Positions 1 to 11,567 are shown, counted from the first letter of the whole stretch. The stretch: DNA of 63,158 bases, filler included, from an uncultured bacterium (GCA_964429075.1; 20 parts of 20 records of this genome joined end to end with filler, not necessarily neighbours in it); one strand, 5' to 3'. The notes: generated by a model not told the origin, from the sequence alone. Translations and numbers: made by a program.

Positions 1-76
1 CTAATATACTTTTATTGAAATAATCTGTAACACTGATTATATAAACATCAGAATATAATTATATGAGGAGTTGATT

Positions 77-3000
77 ATGAAAAAGAAAGAGGCTGCATTG
101 AATGAATTGAAGAGGCTTTTTGGTGAAAGATACAACGATGATAGGCTGGAGAGAAAGATCTATTCCCGTGATATTGCCTCTCTTCCATCGCTGATGAAGC
201 CTCTTATGAAAAAAGTCCTTGCTGATGCGATTGTTCAACCTATTGACGAAGAAGAGATTGTCAACCTTTTTAACTGGTCCAGAAAATGGAAGATACCACT
301 GGTACCAAGGGGTAAAGCAACCTCAGGTTATGGCGGTGTCAACCCGATTAAGGGGGGTATAACTGTAGATTTCTATCGAATGAAAAAGATAATTGAGTTT
401 GATCCAGAAAATGGGACAGTAAAGGTGCAGCCCGGCATTGTCTGGAAAGACCTTGATGAATGGTTGATGAAAAAAGGTTATACCCTCCGTCTGTATCCTA
501 CAAGTTATCCATCTTCTACAGTGGGAGGCTGGTTTGCACAGGGAGGTGCAGGTATCGGCAGTTTTGAATATGGTTATTTTAATCAAAATGTTGTGTCTGT
601 AAGGGTTGTATTGCCCGATGGATCTATAAAGGAGGCATCGGGAAGGGATATCAATCTGTTTTATCAGACCTGTGGAACAACCGGTATTGTTACTTCGATA
701 ACTCTTAAAGTAAAAAGATACAAACAAATAGTACCCAAAGCGGTGGTTTTTGAAGATATTTCAGATCTTCAAAATTTTCTGAATGAGGCTGTTCAATTAA
801 ATAGCATCTGGTCAATACATTTTATAAACCCATTTATGGTTAAGATGAAAAACAGATCCCCACTCAATCATCACAAAAAGGAAACAAGGGTAGAATTACC
901 GGAAGGTTATATTGTTATAATGGCCTTTGAGGAGGATAAGGCAAAGGATTGGGATGCAAAGATCAAACCGTTGGTTGAAAGATATAAAGGACACATACTT
1001 ACTGATGGTATTGCAGTTCATGAGTGGGAAAATCGTTTTAAATTAATGGTTATAAAAAGACTCGGGCCATCGCTGATACCAACTGAGTTTATTCTTCCCC
1101 TTCAAAATCTTGCAAGATGTTTTAAAGAGCTCGATAAAAATATCAATCAACCCATTGTAAAAGAGGCTGTTGTAATTAAAAAAGGTGTTAATGACAGAGC
1201 TGAGGTAGTTGTCCTTGGTTTTATCCCTGCAGATGAAAGAAAATTTTCTTACAATATCCTCTTTGGTCAATCCCTCTCTATCTTAAAGAGGGCCATGAGT
1301 TATGGAGCAAGGCCTTATGCAAGTGGATTGTACTTTAGCAGGTTTGCAAAATCGATAATGGGAAAAGAGAATTTTATGATGGCACATAAATTTAAAAGAG
1401 AGATAGATCCAGATGGATTATTAAACCCTGGCAAGGCCATTGAATCAACAAAAATTGGTAGCTTTGTATCCATGGGTATGAAATTAACACCAATAATATC
1501 TCTTTTAAGCAACCGGTTTCATGTTGTACTGAACGATCGAGAATCCTTTGAAAATGATAAAGGTATTCCGATTGATGTTGCCTACTATGCATATGCATGT
1601 GCGGGGTGTGGATACTGTGTGGAGGGTTGTACTCAATTTTATGGCAGGGGATGGGAGAGTCACAGCCCAAGAGGCAAGTGGTTCTTCTTAAAGGAATTGC
1701 TCGAGGGAAGAGAAAAATGGGACAACGAGATGGTACACAAATTCATCTCATGCACTACATGTGAAAGGTGTGACCTTGCATGTTCTGAAAATCTACCTAT
1801 TGAAGAATCTTGGATGTCTTTAAGGGGAGAACTTATAAACATAGAAAACAGGATGACCTTCCCTCCATTTGAAATTATGGCACAGACACTGAATGGTCAG
1901 GGTAATATATGGGCTGGTTACAGAAAGGATAGAGACAGATGGTTCCCTAGAGATTTGAAAGATAAATATATGAATAAAGAAAAGGCTGAATACGTCTATT
2001 TTGCAGGTTGCACTGCAAGTTATGTAGAAAAAGATATAGCAATAGGAACGGTAAGACTGCTGGATGAGGCAGGTGTTGATTTTACTTACCTTGGGAAAAA
2101 GGAGAACTGTTGTGCAACTCCAATGCTTGTAGCTGGTAAATGGGACCTCTTTGCAGAGACTATGAAAAAGAATATCGCTGCAGTAAAGGAAAAGGGTGCA
2201 AAATATGTTATCACCTCCTGCCCTGCCTGTGATATGATGTGGCGAAAGGTCTATCCACAGTGGGCAAAGAAATTGAATTTAGACTACGACATCGAAGCAA
2301 AACACTACAGTGAGGTAGTCTCAGAAAAGATTAAAAAAGGTGAATTTAATTTTCCTGAAAATGGCAATAAACCTACTAAGGTTACATGGCACGATTCCTG
2401 TCATATAGGCAGGGCATCGGGAGTTTATGAACCACCAAGGGATCTTCTTAAGGCAATACCTGGCGTTGATTTTGTCGAGATGAAACATAATAGAGAGAAT
2501 GCGCTGTGTTGTGGATCGGTTTTAACACTGTTGAAAGAGCCAGATAAAGCGGCAGATATAGGAGAGAGGAAGTTGAACGAAGCACTTGAGGCAGGTGCAG
2601 AAAAGATAATTGCACTATGTCCTTGCTGTGAATTCCAGATGAGGGTTACGAGGGACAAAAAGAAAAAAGAGATTGAAATTGTTGATCTTGCAAGATTTTC
2701 TGTAAAAGCGCTTGGCTATGATATCGAGCATAAACCTGACGATGAGGTGAGAAAGCAGTGGGCTGTTTTTGAGGCGATGATTTACCTTATGACCCCAGAG
2801 GGCTTTGCCACCTTAATGTCAGAGATGTTTGATGAGCTTATTGATGCAATGCCATTTGGTATGGGGAAAATGATGAGATTTATGGGCAGGTTTCCATTTA
2901 TGTTAGATCTGATGTCCAAGGCATTTCCAGTATTGTTCCCGATCTTTTTACCAAAGATGATGCCAAAAGTACTCCCCACAGTCCTGAATAAGATTGAAAA

Positions 3001-3145
3001 AAGGATCCCCATGCCAGATTACATGAAAGAGCAGATGCCAGATCTTATGCCAAAGGTGATGGATAATCTGATGCTCCATATGATAGATGATCTTGTACCT
3101 CTTGTAAGCAAACCACTTGTAGAGCACTTGAAATCGGCAAAATAG
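77..3145 (+). CDS. FAD-binding/Fe-S oxidoreductase (GlcD-GlcF / lactate-dehydrogenase-like fusion with CCG domains)
   Basis: FAD_binding_4 motifs (VPRGKATSGYGG, STVGGW, DPDGLLNPGK); two CxxCxxCxxxC clusters; CCG-domain motifs (YFAGCTA, ENCCA, WHDSCH, LCCG). ATG at 77 follows GAGGAG. Confidence 0.85.
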   Translation: MKKKEAALNELKRLFGERYNDDRLERKIYSRDIASLPSLMKPLMKKVLADAIVQPIDEEEIVNLFNWSRKWKIPLVPRGKATSGYGGVNPIKGGITVDFYRMKKIIEFDPENGTVKVQPGIVWKDLDEWLMKKGYTLRLYPTSYPSSTVGGWFAQGGAGIGSFEYGYFNQNVVSVRVVLPDGSIKEASGRDINLFYQTCGTTGIVTSITLKVKRYKQIVPKAVVFEDISDLQNFLNEAVQLNSIWSIHFINPFMVKMKNRSPLNHHKKETRVELPEGYIVIMAFEEDKAKDWDAKIKPLVERYKGHILTDGIAVHEWENRFKLMVIKRLGPSLIPTEFILPLQNLARCFKELDKNINQPIVKEAVVIKKGVNDRAEVVVLGFIPADERKFSYNILFGQSLSILKRAMSYGARPYASGLYFSRFAKSIMGKENFMMAHKFKREIDPDGLLNPGKAIESTKIGSFVSMGMKLTPIISLLSNRFHVVLNDRESFENDKGIPIDVAYYAYACAGCGYCVEGCTQFYGRGWESHSPRGKWFFLKELLEGREKWDNEMVHKFISCTTCERCDLACSENLPIEESWMSLRGELINIENRMTFPPFEIMAQTLNGQGNIWAGYRKDRDRWFPRDLKDKYMNKEKAEYVYFAGCTASYVEKDIAIGTVRLLDEAGVDFTYLGKKENCCATPMLVAGKWDLFAETMKKNIAAVKEKGAKYVITSCPACDMMWRKVYPQWAKKLNLDYDIEAKHYSEVVSEKIKKGEFNFPENGNKPTKVTWHDSCHIGRASGVYEPPRDLLKAIPGVDFVEMKHNRENALCCGSVLTLLKEPDKAADIGERKLNEALEAGAEKIIALCPCCEFQMRVTRDKKKKEIEIVDLARFSVKALGYDIEHKPDDEVRKQWAVFEAMIYLMTPEGFATLMSEMFDELIDAMPFGMGKMMRFMGRFPFMLDLMSKAFPVLFPIFLPKMMPKVLPTVLNKIEKRIPMPDYMKEQMPDLMPKVMDNLMLHMIDDLVPLVSKPLVEHLKSAK

Positions 3146-3174
3146 GTCGTCATATTGATTACAGAGATAAATAA

Positions 3175-3274
3175 NNNNNNNNNNNNNNNNNNNNNNNNNN
3201 NNNNNNNNNNNNNNNNNNTTAATTAATTAANNNNNNNNNNNNNNNNNNNNNNNNNNNNNNNNNNNNNNNNNNNN
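3175..3274. other. Artificial contig spacer N44-TTAATTAATTAA-N44, first of 19; the others start at 6448, 9720, 12982, 16237, 19489, 22733, 25969, 29203, 32369, 35526, 38683, 41776, 44867, 47942, 51001, 54060, 57108, 60142
   Basis: Identical 100-nt blocks with stops in all six frames; contig lengths do not increase along the window. Confidence 0.98.
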
Positions 3275-4520
3275 TCTCACAATCGCTATCCTGCAGACAT
3301 TCTACACAAAGTCCGGTTGAGGTATCACACACAAGACCATTCTGGCAGAAATAGAACTGACATTGAGGTAGACATTGGTGTGTCACAGGATGACAACCCT
3401 CTCCATTTGCACAGTCAGCATCAGTGCTACACTCCAGACACTGACCATTGACACATATGTTGGAAGAGCAGTCGCGATTTACCTCGCAACCAGGGACACA
3501 GGATCCATTCTGACATATATGGTTTATTGAGCAGTCATTCTTTGAGAGACATTCAACACATTCAGAGTTAGCAACATCACACAGAAGATTTCCGCAATCT
3601 GAATTGTCGTTACATCCGGGCTGACAGGCTCCAGAAACACAGATGTAGCCATACCCATAGATGTTCTGACAATCCTGGTCGGTACTGCATTCTGGCCCTG
3701 GCACACAGCTGTTGCTATCACATATCATACCAGTCCCACAATCACTATCGGTTTTACATTCTACACACTCTCCTTGTACACAGAAATAGGGAGCACAATC
3801 CTGATCAGTACTACAACCACTATTCTGCTGCTGGCACATGTAATCTACGCATATAAAACCAACCTGACAATCACTATCCTGCCTGCACTCCTGACATTTG
3901 TTGGCAATACAGACAGGCGTCGGATCAGTGCAGTATTGATCGGATGTACATTCCACACAGGTCCCATTTAGACAGGCAGGAGTGGATCCACCACAGTCAG
4001 AATCACTCTGACAGCCGGTTTGATTATTGTCTCTACAAAAGCCGGCTTCACAGATCTGATTACTCTGACAATCTGTATCCCTAAGGCATTGTACACATAC
4101 ATTGTTGTCTGTATCGCAGAGATAACCAGAAGGACACAGATCTTGATTTTCAGAGCTACATTCTACACAGGTGTTGTTGACACATATTCTGTCTGTACAA
4201 TCCTCGTCTTTTGTACATTCCTCTGGTGTTGTACAGCTGTTATCAATACAAACCTTGCCAGATTCACATTCTGCATCGCTTCTACATTCGCCATTAAAGG
4301 GGATGCATGTCGATCTTTTTTGATCACAGATCTGTTTTTCGGTGCAATCAAAATTGTCGCTACACTTAGAAGTGGCTACACATCTTTTATCCTTACAATA
4401 CCAGCCACTTGTGCAATCAGAATCTTTTTCGCATGATTTAGAGGTAACAGGCAGCGACCTTGTGCAGGAGGCTGTTATGGTAAAAAAGACTATCAGAATT
4501 GTTGTAAATACTATTTTCAT
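3275..4520 (-). CDS. Cysteine-rich repeat lipoprotein (CxxDxDC repeats), 3'-truncated
   Basis: SD AAGGAGG before ATG 4520; hydrophobic signal with lipobox ITASC; tandem CxxDxDC-x-C-x-C modules running to the contig end. Confidence 0.75.
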
Positions 4521-4549
4521 AGTGGCCTCCTTACAATAATAAAAATCTC

Positions 4550-5395
4550 TCAATTAAAGAGAAATCCCAGCTTGGTTTGCATGACCCATATACCACCTAT
4601 TGTATATATCCCTTCAAAGGTTATATCAAAGATAAATGAGTTGTATACAAGACCAAAGATTAATCTATCTAATTTTGTCTGCCAGAATGGGAGAGAATCA
4701 AATACAAAATAATCATCCTCAGTCACACCAGAATCATATGGTTTAGGATTTATAACCTTTGATTTTGCGCCAACACCGTTAATATTGAATGTGAAATATG
4801 GAGTAAGTGTAAACATACCTGCAACACCAAATTTTTTACTAATTGTTACATCAAAACCACCGGTGTAGAGATCTGCCTCTCTTAGATTTATAATCTTGGA
4901 GATGCCAAAACCAAATGCTATATCTGGAATAAATTTGAAGCCCTCAACAGGTGCCCATTTACAGCGCGTTCCCATTGCCATCACCTCACTGTTTACAAGC
5001 CACAGCACATTACCACTGAACTCCATACTGAAGGGGATCGCCTTTCTCATCTGTATCCCAATAACGGGAAGGCTGCTCGGCACATTATCGCTTACAAGCA
5101 CTTTGTTCCAGTAACCACTCCCCCCTTTTATACGGGATAAAAGCCCAACAAAACCAAAATCAAAGCCGTTGTATCCTGTTGTATTGGCACCTGAAAGATA
5201 GAGAGGAATAAATGTCTGAGCCAGCTCTTTCATAATATTTTCAAAGTCCTTCTGAGCATCTGGATTATCCGATGGGTTACCTAATTTAAATAACTGAATA
5301 TCATAGGGCATTCTTGCAAAACCCAAAGAGGTGTATAAAATAATTATACAAGTCAGGATAGTAAGTATGAAACATTTCATAAAATGCCGCACCAT
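4550..5395 (-). CDS. Secreted hypothetical protein, probable outer-membrane beta-barrel
   Basis: Signal peptide (SLGFA); alternating hydrophobic strands; aromatic C-terminus (KLGFLFN). Confidence 0.55.
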   Translation of the reverse strand: MVRHFMKCFILTILTCIIILYTSLGFARMPYDIQLFKLGNPSDNPDAQKDFENIMKELAQTFIPLYLSGANTTGYNGFDFGFVGLLSRIKGGSGYWNKVLVSDNVPSSLPVIGIQMRKAIPFSMEFSGNVLWLVNSEVMAMGTRCKWAPVEGFKFIPDIAFGFGISKIINLREADLYTGGFDVTISKKFGVAGMFTLTPYFTFNINGVGAKSKVINPKPYDSGVTEDDYFVFDSLPFWQTKLDRLIFGLVYNSFIFDITFEGIYTIGGIWVMQTKLGFLFN

Positions 5396-5543
5396 CTACA
5401 ATACTCCTTATACGATGTAGATTTAACTTTCTTATCAAACCATATAGAAGGTGTCAAGGGTAGATCGCTCAGGGCTTTTTATATAGTTAACTTTGTGATA
5501 TTGCAGTTGTCTATAAACACAAAACTTTTAAGGAGGAAAATTA

Positions 5544-6447
5544 ATGGTTGGTCTTGAAGAGTTTAACAGAATAATTGCAGAAAAGGCTGCTTTTGTCGAT
5601 GAGGTTTTGAGTGAAGTAGAAAAGGTAATAGTTGGACAGAGACACAGTCTTGAGTGTATCTTAATGAGTATCCTTTCAGAAGGCCACATACTTCTTGAAG
5701 GTGTCCCCGGTCTTGCTAAAACTCTTATGGTCAAGACATTTGCAGATACAATGGATCTTGACTTTAAACGCATCCAGTTTACTCCGGATCTTTTGCCTGC
5801 TGATATTGTTGGTACTCAGATATACAATCAACACACTGGCGAATTTACAATCAAAGAGGGTCCTATTTTTTCAAACATTATACTTGCTGATGAGATAAAT
5901 AGGGCTCCGGCAAAGGTTCAATCTGCACTGTTGGAGGCGATGCAGGAGAAACAGGTAACAATTGGAGGTAAAACCCTTTCGCTACCTACTCCATTTATTG
6001 TGCTTGCAACCCAGAATCCAATTGAACAGGAGGGCACCTATCCTCTTGCAGAGGCTCAGGCAGACAGATTTATGATGAAAATAATTATAGATTACCCAGA
6101 TAAAGAAGAAGAGCTGAGGATCCTTGAAAGGATGGCAGTAAGCAGTCCTCCTGTTGCAAGCAAAAAGATAGATTTTTCAAAATTGAAGGAAATTAAAGAG
6201 CTAATCTATCAGATATATATGGATGAAAGGATAAAAAAATATATTGTCTCTCTCGTTGAGTGTAGCAGATTCCCTGAGAAGTATGGGCTCAATGACCTTG
6301 CACACTATATAGAATTTGGATGTTCTCCAAGAGCAACAATATTTCTTGCACTCTCTGCAAGGAGTCGCGCGTTCTTGGATAAACGAGGCTTCGTCATCCC
6401 CGAAGATGTGAGATTTGCAGCAAGAGAGGTTATGCGTCATCGACTCG
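5544..6447 (+). CDS. MoxR-family AAA+ ATPase, 3'-truncated
   Basis: LLEGVPGLAKT, RIQFTPDLLPAD, LADEINRAPAKVQSALLEAMQE, ATQNPIEQEGTYPL. Confidence 0.92.
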
Positions 6448-6655
6448 NNNNNNNNNNNNNNNNNNNNNNNNNNNNNNNNNNNNNNNNNNNNTTAATTAAT
6501 TAANNNNNNNNNNNNNNNNNNNNNNNNNNNNNNNNNNNNNNNNNNNNCGCTTACTGTCAATGTATTGTTCGACAAAATTGTTAAATACATCTGTATGGGA
6601 TTACTTATTGTGACACATATAGTTTTGTTAATAATAACTCGAATCGAGGATTAGG

Positions 6656-7786
6656 ATGTCGCTTCGAGGAAATTTAAAGGATTTTAATTTTGGCGAGATT
6701 CTTCAGCTACTTTATCAACAAAAAAAGACAGGGATACTGGAGATCACAAAGATAGGTAAGCTCGATTGTCATATTTATTTTCAGAATGGCAACATCTGTG
6801 GTCTATTACTCGTTGGAAAAGGTGGTTACGATATCCTGCGTTCTATCCTGCACAAGGGTATTATTGATAGAGAGACATACTCTGAGATAATTGCAGAACA
6901 TAAAAGGAGTCTTAAAAAGATTGATTTTATTTTAAAAGAGCGCGGGATTCTTGATGAAGATGATCTTTTAAAGATTATCGAGATCGATGCAAAAAAACAT
7001 CTTTTTAAGCTGTTTGAGGCAAACAGAGGGCTTTATGAGTTTATCCCGAGCGAGTCTGTGAAATCCAACCTGCCAGAACATATCAACTCAGAATCACTTT
7101 TGATGGAGTCTCTTAGATTAATAGATGAATTAAAGCAGGAGAGGGTTGATTTTTTTTCTTCCCTTTCAACATTCAATGTACTTAAAGAAATATCTTTAAA
7201 TGAGAGAATAAGATCACTAAAACCATATCAGAGAAGGTCTTTTGAGCGGTTGTTGGGTGAGAAAAAGTCACTCAGTTATATTATAGAAAACAGTTGCTTT
7301 GATGAGCTGGATACACTTAGAATCCTGAAAGGACTGATAAAAGATGGCTTTATAGAAGAGATCCCTCCATCTCGATCCAAAAAACTTTTTGGTCGTTATT
7401 TAGAAAGGTTTCAGGAAAGACTCAAAGAGGGTGGTATACCTTTATGGAAGGGTATTGTGTTTATTGTGACCTATCTGGTTTTCCTTGTTGTAGTCTTTTC
7501 AATAATATTGGCAGTGTCGTTAGAAATTATCAAAAAACCTTCATATGTTAATGAAGTAGAAATAAGAAATACACCTCTGTCTGATTTGCTTTCTCCAAAC
7601 AGGCGCGATAGAATCCGTGTGGCATTGGAGATATACAGAATTTTAGAGGGAAATTATCCAGAAAACTTGCAAAATTTAAATAAAAGCACTATATTAGCTG
7701 GTGAGGAGATTATGTTTCCTTACAGACATACATATTATTATAAAAAGAGTGAAAATAACCCCGAGATCTTGGATCCCATTGAGTAG
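6656..7786 (+). CDS. DUF4388 (PatA-N-like) domain membrane protein with C-terminal pseudopilin-like segment
   Basis: N-terminal MSLRGNLKDF..EILQLL..QKKTGILEI; one TM helix; C-terminal ALEIY..EGNYPENLQNL. Confidence 0.7.
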   Translation: MSLRGNLKDFNFGEILQLLYQQKKTGILEITKIGKLDCHIYFQNGNICGLLLVGKGGYDILRSILHKGIIDRETYSEIIAEHKRSLKKIDFILKERGILDEDDLLKIIEIDAKKHLFKLFEANRGLYEFIPSESVKSNLPEHINSESLLMESLRLIDELKQERVDFFSSLSTFNVLKEISLNERIRSLKPYQRRSFERLLGEKKSLSYIIENSCFDELDTLRILKGLIKDGFIEEIPPSRSKKLFGRYLERFQERLKEGGIPLWKGIVFIVTYLVFLVVVFSIILAVSLEIIKKPSYVNEVEIRNTPLSDLLSPNRRDRIRVALEIYRILEGNYPENLQNLNKSTILAGEEIMFPYRHTYYYKKSENNPEILDPIE

Positions 7787-7841
7787 CACAGACCATATAA
7801 CTATCAATAATGGAATTATTTATTTTAAATAACGGGTATTT

Positions 7842-8834
7842 ATGACAGCAAAAGAGGATTTTAGCAGGACCATTGAGATAGAAGATAATGCAATCGTCAG
7901 ATTATTAACAAGTAGTGGTAGTTCTCGCCTGCACGCCCTTGAAAAAGAGAGTAATACAAAGATATCAGTAAAGGGTAACAGGGTAAATATAAGGGGCGAG
8001 AAGGCCAATGTCCTTCTTGTTGAGAAGGTATTTGATGGAATTGGTGAACTCTACGAACGAAGAAAACAGATTTATCATGAAGATCTGCTTATGTGTTATC
8101 ACATTTTGAAGGACAACGGCAAAAGGGATCTCAAAGAATATCTAAACAAGGTACTTTTTATTACTTACGACCATAGATACATTACACCAAGGAGCCCCGG
8201 TCAACTCAGGCTTGTACAGGCAATGGAAAGGAGCGAGCTTGTTTTTGCTATAGGTCCTGCTGGTACAGGCAAGACATTTCTATCAATGGCATGGGCGCTT
8301 AATTGTCTTCAGAGGAGAAAGGTAAGAAGAATTGTTATTACAAGGCCGGCTATAGAGGCCGGTGAAAAGCTTGGTTTTTTGCCCGGAACAATAGAGGAGA
8401 AAGTAGATCCCTATCTTAGGCCACTTTATGACGCGCTGTATGATATGGCAGGTAGAGAAAAGGCAAAGGAGTATCTCAATGCCGGTATAATAGAGGTAGT
8501 ACCACTTGCATTTATGAGGGGACGCACATTAAACAATAGCTTTATAATCCTCGATGAGGCTCAAAACTCCTCGCAAAAACAGATGAAGATGTTTTTAACC
8601 AGAATGGGAATTAATTCAAGGGTTGTAATAACCGGTGATATCACACAGATTGATCTTGAAAGCAAAGATAAATCCGGTCTTGTTCAGGCACTCTCAATTG
8701 TCAAGGATATTGAGGGAATTGAGATTGTTGAACTAACAGCTATTGACGTCCTCAGGCATCGATTGGTCAAAAAAATAATTGATGCCTATGCAAATTTAGG
8801 CTATGAAGATAAAGAGGAAAGGTCTTTCACGTGA
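7842..8834 (+). CDS. phoH: PhoH-family ATPase (YbeZ-like, with KH-like N-terminus)
   Basis: GPAGTGKT, RPAIEAGEKLGFLPG, PLAFMRGRT, DEAQN, TGDITQIDL. Confidence 0.92.
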   Translation: MTAKEDFSRTIEIEDNAIVRLLTSSGSSRLHALEKESNTKISVKGNRVNIRGEKANVLLVEKVFDGIGELYERRKQIYHEDLLMCYHILKDNGKRDLKEYLNKVLFITYDHRYITPRSPGQLRLVQAMERSELVFAIGPAGTGKTFLSMAWALNCLQRRKVRRIVITRPAIEAGEKLGFLPGTIEEKVDPYLRPLYDALYDMAGREKAKEYLNAGIIEVVPLAFMRGRTLNNSFIILDEAQNSSQKQMKMFLTRMGINSRVVITGDITQIDLESKDKSGLVQALSIVKDIEGIEIVELTAIDVLRHRLVKKIIDAYANLGYEDKEERSFT

Positions 8835-9719
8835 TAGATTAGTCAGGGTCATCGCGGGTCTTACATTCTGTTTTATTGCAGCTTTTCTGGCCGGATCAAA
8901 AGTAGAATCACCCTTTTATCTACCAAAGTCCGAGCATTTAATAGGTAAAATAGCCCTCAGGGATGTTCAGTCCCCTATAAATTTTATGTTTGAGGATAAG
9001 GAAAAGACAAAAAAAGAGCAGGAATTGGCAGCAAAAAAGGTTCTTCCTATCTATGATTATGACTATCAGTATATTACCAATCTTCGCGCGAACATGAGAA
9101 GATTTTTTAGAGACCTCAGACTACTGACTTCAAAACAGATAGAAAAAAAAGATCAGGATAATCAGGCCATGGAGACAAAGATACCAGATCTGAATAAGAT
9201 TCTTACAAACTATGGTATTGTACTTACTGAAGAAATATATAAATGGTTTAAAGAGGCAGGTTTCCCCAAAAAGTATGAAAGTTTTGCCGACAAGACGCTC
9301 AGTAAACTGGAAAACAAAAAGATAATAAATGACTTTGATCTCGATCCCATGCGTAAGAAGGGCAGGTTTGTTATTCGTTATGTTAAGAGGGGTGAATTAA
9401 AACCTATCCGTGAGATTGAGACAAATTTTGACAGTTCGATAATAACCCTTGCAGATGCACTGAATGTTATAGAAAATTCTGTCTCAGACCTTTTGGATTC
9501 ACAGGAAGAGTCAAAGATGCACAGCTTTTTAAAGGCACAACTAAAGGCAAATCTATTATACAATGAATACGAGGTTGCAAGGAAAAAACAGGCAATGATA
9601 AACTCGGTAAAGCCGATAATGATATCAATAAAAAAGAATCAGACAATTATCCGCAAGGGAGAACAGTATACAGCAAAACATAAAGAGATAATTGATGCAT
9701 TATTAGCACATTACCACAG
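8803..9719 (+). CDS. 7TM-HD receptor/phosphohydrolase extracellular region (PgpH-like), 3'-truncated
   Basis: TM followed by IGKIALRDVQSP..., KANLLYN, IKKNQTIIRKGE; typical position after phoH. Confidence 0.65.
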
Positions 9720-9819
9720 NNNNNNNNNNNNNNNNNNNNNNNNNNNNNNNNNNNNNNNNNNNNTTAATTAATTAANNNNNNNNNNNNNNNNNNNNNNNNN
9801 NNNNNNNNNNNNNNNNNNN

Positions 9820-10431
9820 TTTAAATGAATTGGTAAGATGATCATCGCCTCTTATTATACAGGTGATACCCATCTCAATGTCATCTATTACGCATACAAG
9901 GTTGTATGTTGGAGTACCATCTGATCTTACTGCTACAAAATCATCAATTTCTGTTGATTTAACTGATATCTTACCTCTTAATCCATCTTTTAGAGTTATT
10001 ACCCTCTCTCTGGGCACTCTAAATCTCATCACATAAGGCCTATCTGTGGTAGGTGGGTTTTCCCTACACCACCCATCATAGCCAGGGCTTTTGTCACCTC
10101 GCTGTTTTTTTCTCTTTTCTATATCCTCTTTGCTACAAACACAGGGATAAAGTACGCTGAGTTCTTTTAACCTTTCGATGTATCTTTTGTAGAGTTCCGA
10201 TCTCTGGCTTTGAAAATATGGACCTTCATCCCATTCCATCCCGAGCCATCTTAAGGCATCCTGTATATCCTTTGTGTACTCAGGTTTCGACCTTTCACGA
10301 TCTGTGTCTTCTATCCTGAGGATAAAAACACCCTTTTTCTGCCTTGCGACAAGAAAATTATATAGAGCGGTTCTTGCACCACCTAAGTGGAGGTAGCCTG
10401 TGGGAGATGGTGCAAATCTAAGTCTATCCAT
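9820..10431 (-). CDS. gltX: Glutamate--tRNA ligase, 3'-truncated
   Basis: RFAPSPTGYLHLGG (HIGH motif), LRIEDTD, IIRGDDH. Confidence 0.93.
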
Positions 10432-10448
10432 CTTATACTACTTGTAGT

Positions 10449-11567
10449 TTATTTATTTCTTTTTGTTCTGCTGTAGAATGACTGTTTTGCGCTCTCACCC
10501 TTGTAGATATTTTTTAGATGAGATAAAGACTTTATTCTTCTCTCAGCAAATCTATTGGCGGCTTCCTGTGTAGAGATATTCTCATTGTCAGATATACTGA
10601 ATATCTTGAGGAGGTTATCGTAGACCCTTTCGGTCTGTTTAATGGCTCTCTCTTGATTGTACCCTTCAAATTCATTGTAGACATTAATAAGGCCACCACA
10701 ATTTATGACAAAATCGGGTGCATAAAGTATCCCTTTTTCTTTCAACATCATTCCATGTTCCTGTTCTTTTTCAAGCTGATTATTTGCTGCACCAGCAACA
10801 ATCTGACATTTTAGTTTTGATATAGAGTCATCGTTTAAAACACCACCCATAGCACATGGGGCATAGATATCGCAGTCTATCTCTCTGATTTCTTCAGGTT
10901 TTACATATTCAGCAGATGGAAATTCTCTCTGCAGGGCCTCTATCTTTGCTCTGTCAATATCTGTAAAATATACCCTACAGCCTTCTTTAATAAGGTGTCT
11001 TACAAGATTTGAGCCAACATGACCGACTCCCTCCACTGCAACTCTCATACCTTTTAACGAATCGTGACCCTTTATCTTTTGGACACAGGCCTTCATACCA
11101 ACATAAACTCCATAGGCTGTTACAGGTGATGGATCACCACTTCCACCGAGTGCCCTTGCTATTCCAACAACATAATCGGTCTCCATCCTGACAAACTCCA
11201 TGTCCTGGACACTCGTTCCCATATCTTCAGCTGTAATGTATCTACCATTCAGACCATTCACAAATCTACCAAAGGCCCTGAAGAGGGCTTCAGATTTATC
11301 CTTCTTGGGATCACCAATAATGACAGCCTTGCCACCACCAAGATTCAATTCCGCTGCAGCAGCTTTATAGGTCATACCACGACTCAGTCTGAGTGCATCT
11401 CGTAATGCATCCTTTTCTGAATCATAGGTCCACATCCTGCAGCCGCCAAGGGCCGGCCCAAGGGTTGTATCGTGAATTGCAATTATACATTTTAGATTAG
11501 TTGCAGGATCATAACTGTAAACCACCTGCTCGTGTTCTTTATCCAGCATCTTTTCGAATAGATTCAT
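10449..11567 (-). CDS. Leucine dehydrogenase (Glu/Leu/Phe/Val dehydrogenase family)
   Basis: IHDTTLGPALGGCR, LSRGMTYK, GGGKAVI, SGDPSPVTAYGV, GAANNQL. Confidence 0.9.
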   Translation of the reverse strand: MNLFEKMLDKEHEQVVYSYDPATNLKCIIAIHDTTLGPALGGCRMWTYDSEKDALRDALRLSRGMTYKAAAAELNLGGGKAVIIGDPKKDKSEALFRAFGRFVNGLNGRYITAEDMGTSVQDMEFVRMETDYVVGIARALGGSGDPSPVTAYGVYVGMKACVQKIKGHDSLKGMRVAVEGVGHVGSNLVRHLIKEGCRVYFTDIDRAKIEALQREFPSAEYVKPEEIREIDCDIYAPCAMGGVLNDDSISKLKCQIVAGAANNQLEKEQEHGMMLKEKGILYAPDFVINCGGLINVYNEFEGYNQERAIKQTERVYDNLLKIFSISDNENISTQEAANRFAERRIKSLSHLKNIYKGESAKQSFYSRTKRNK

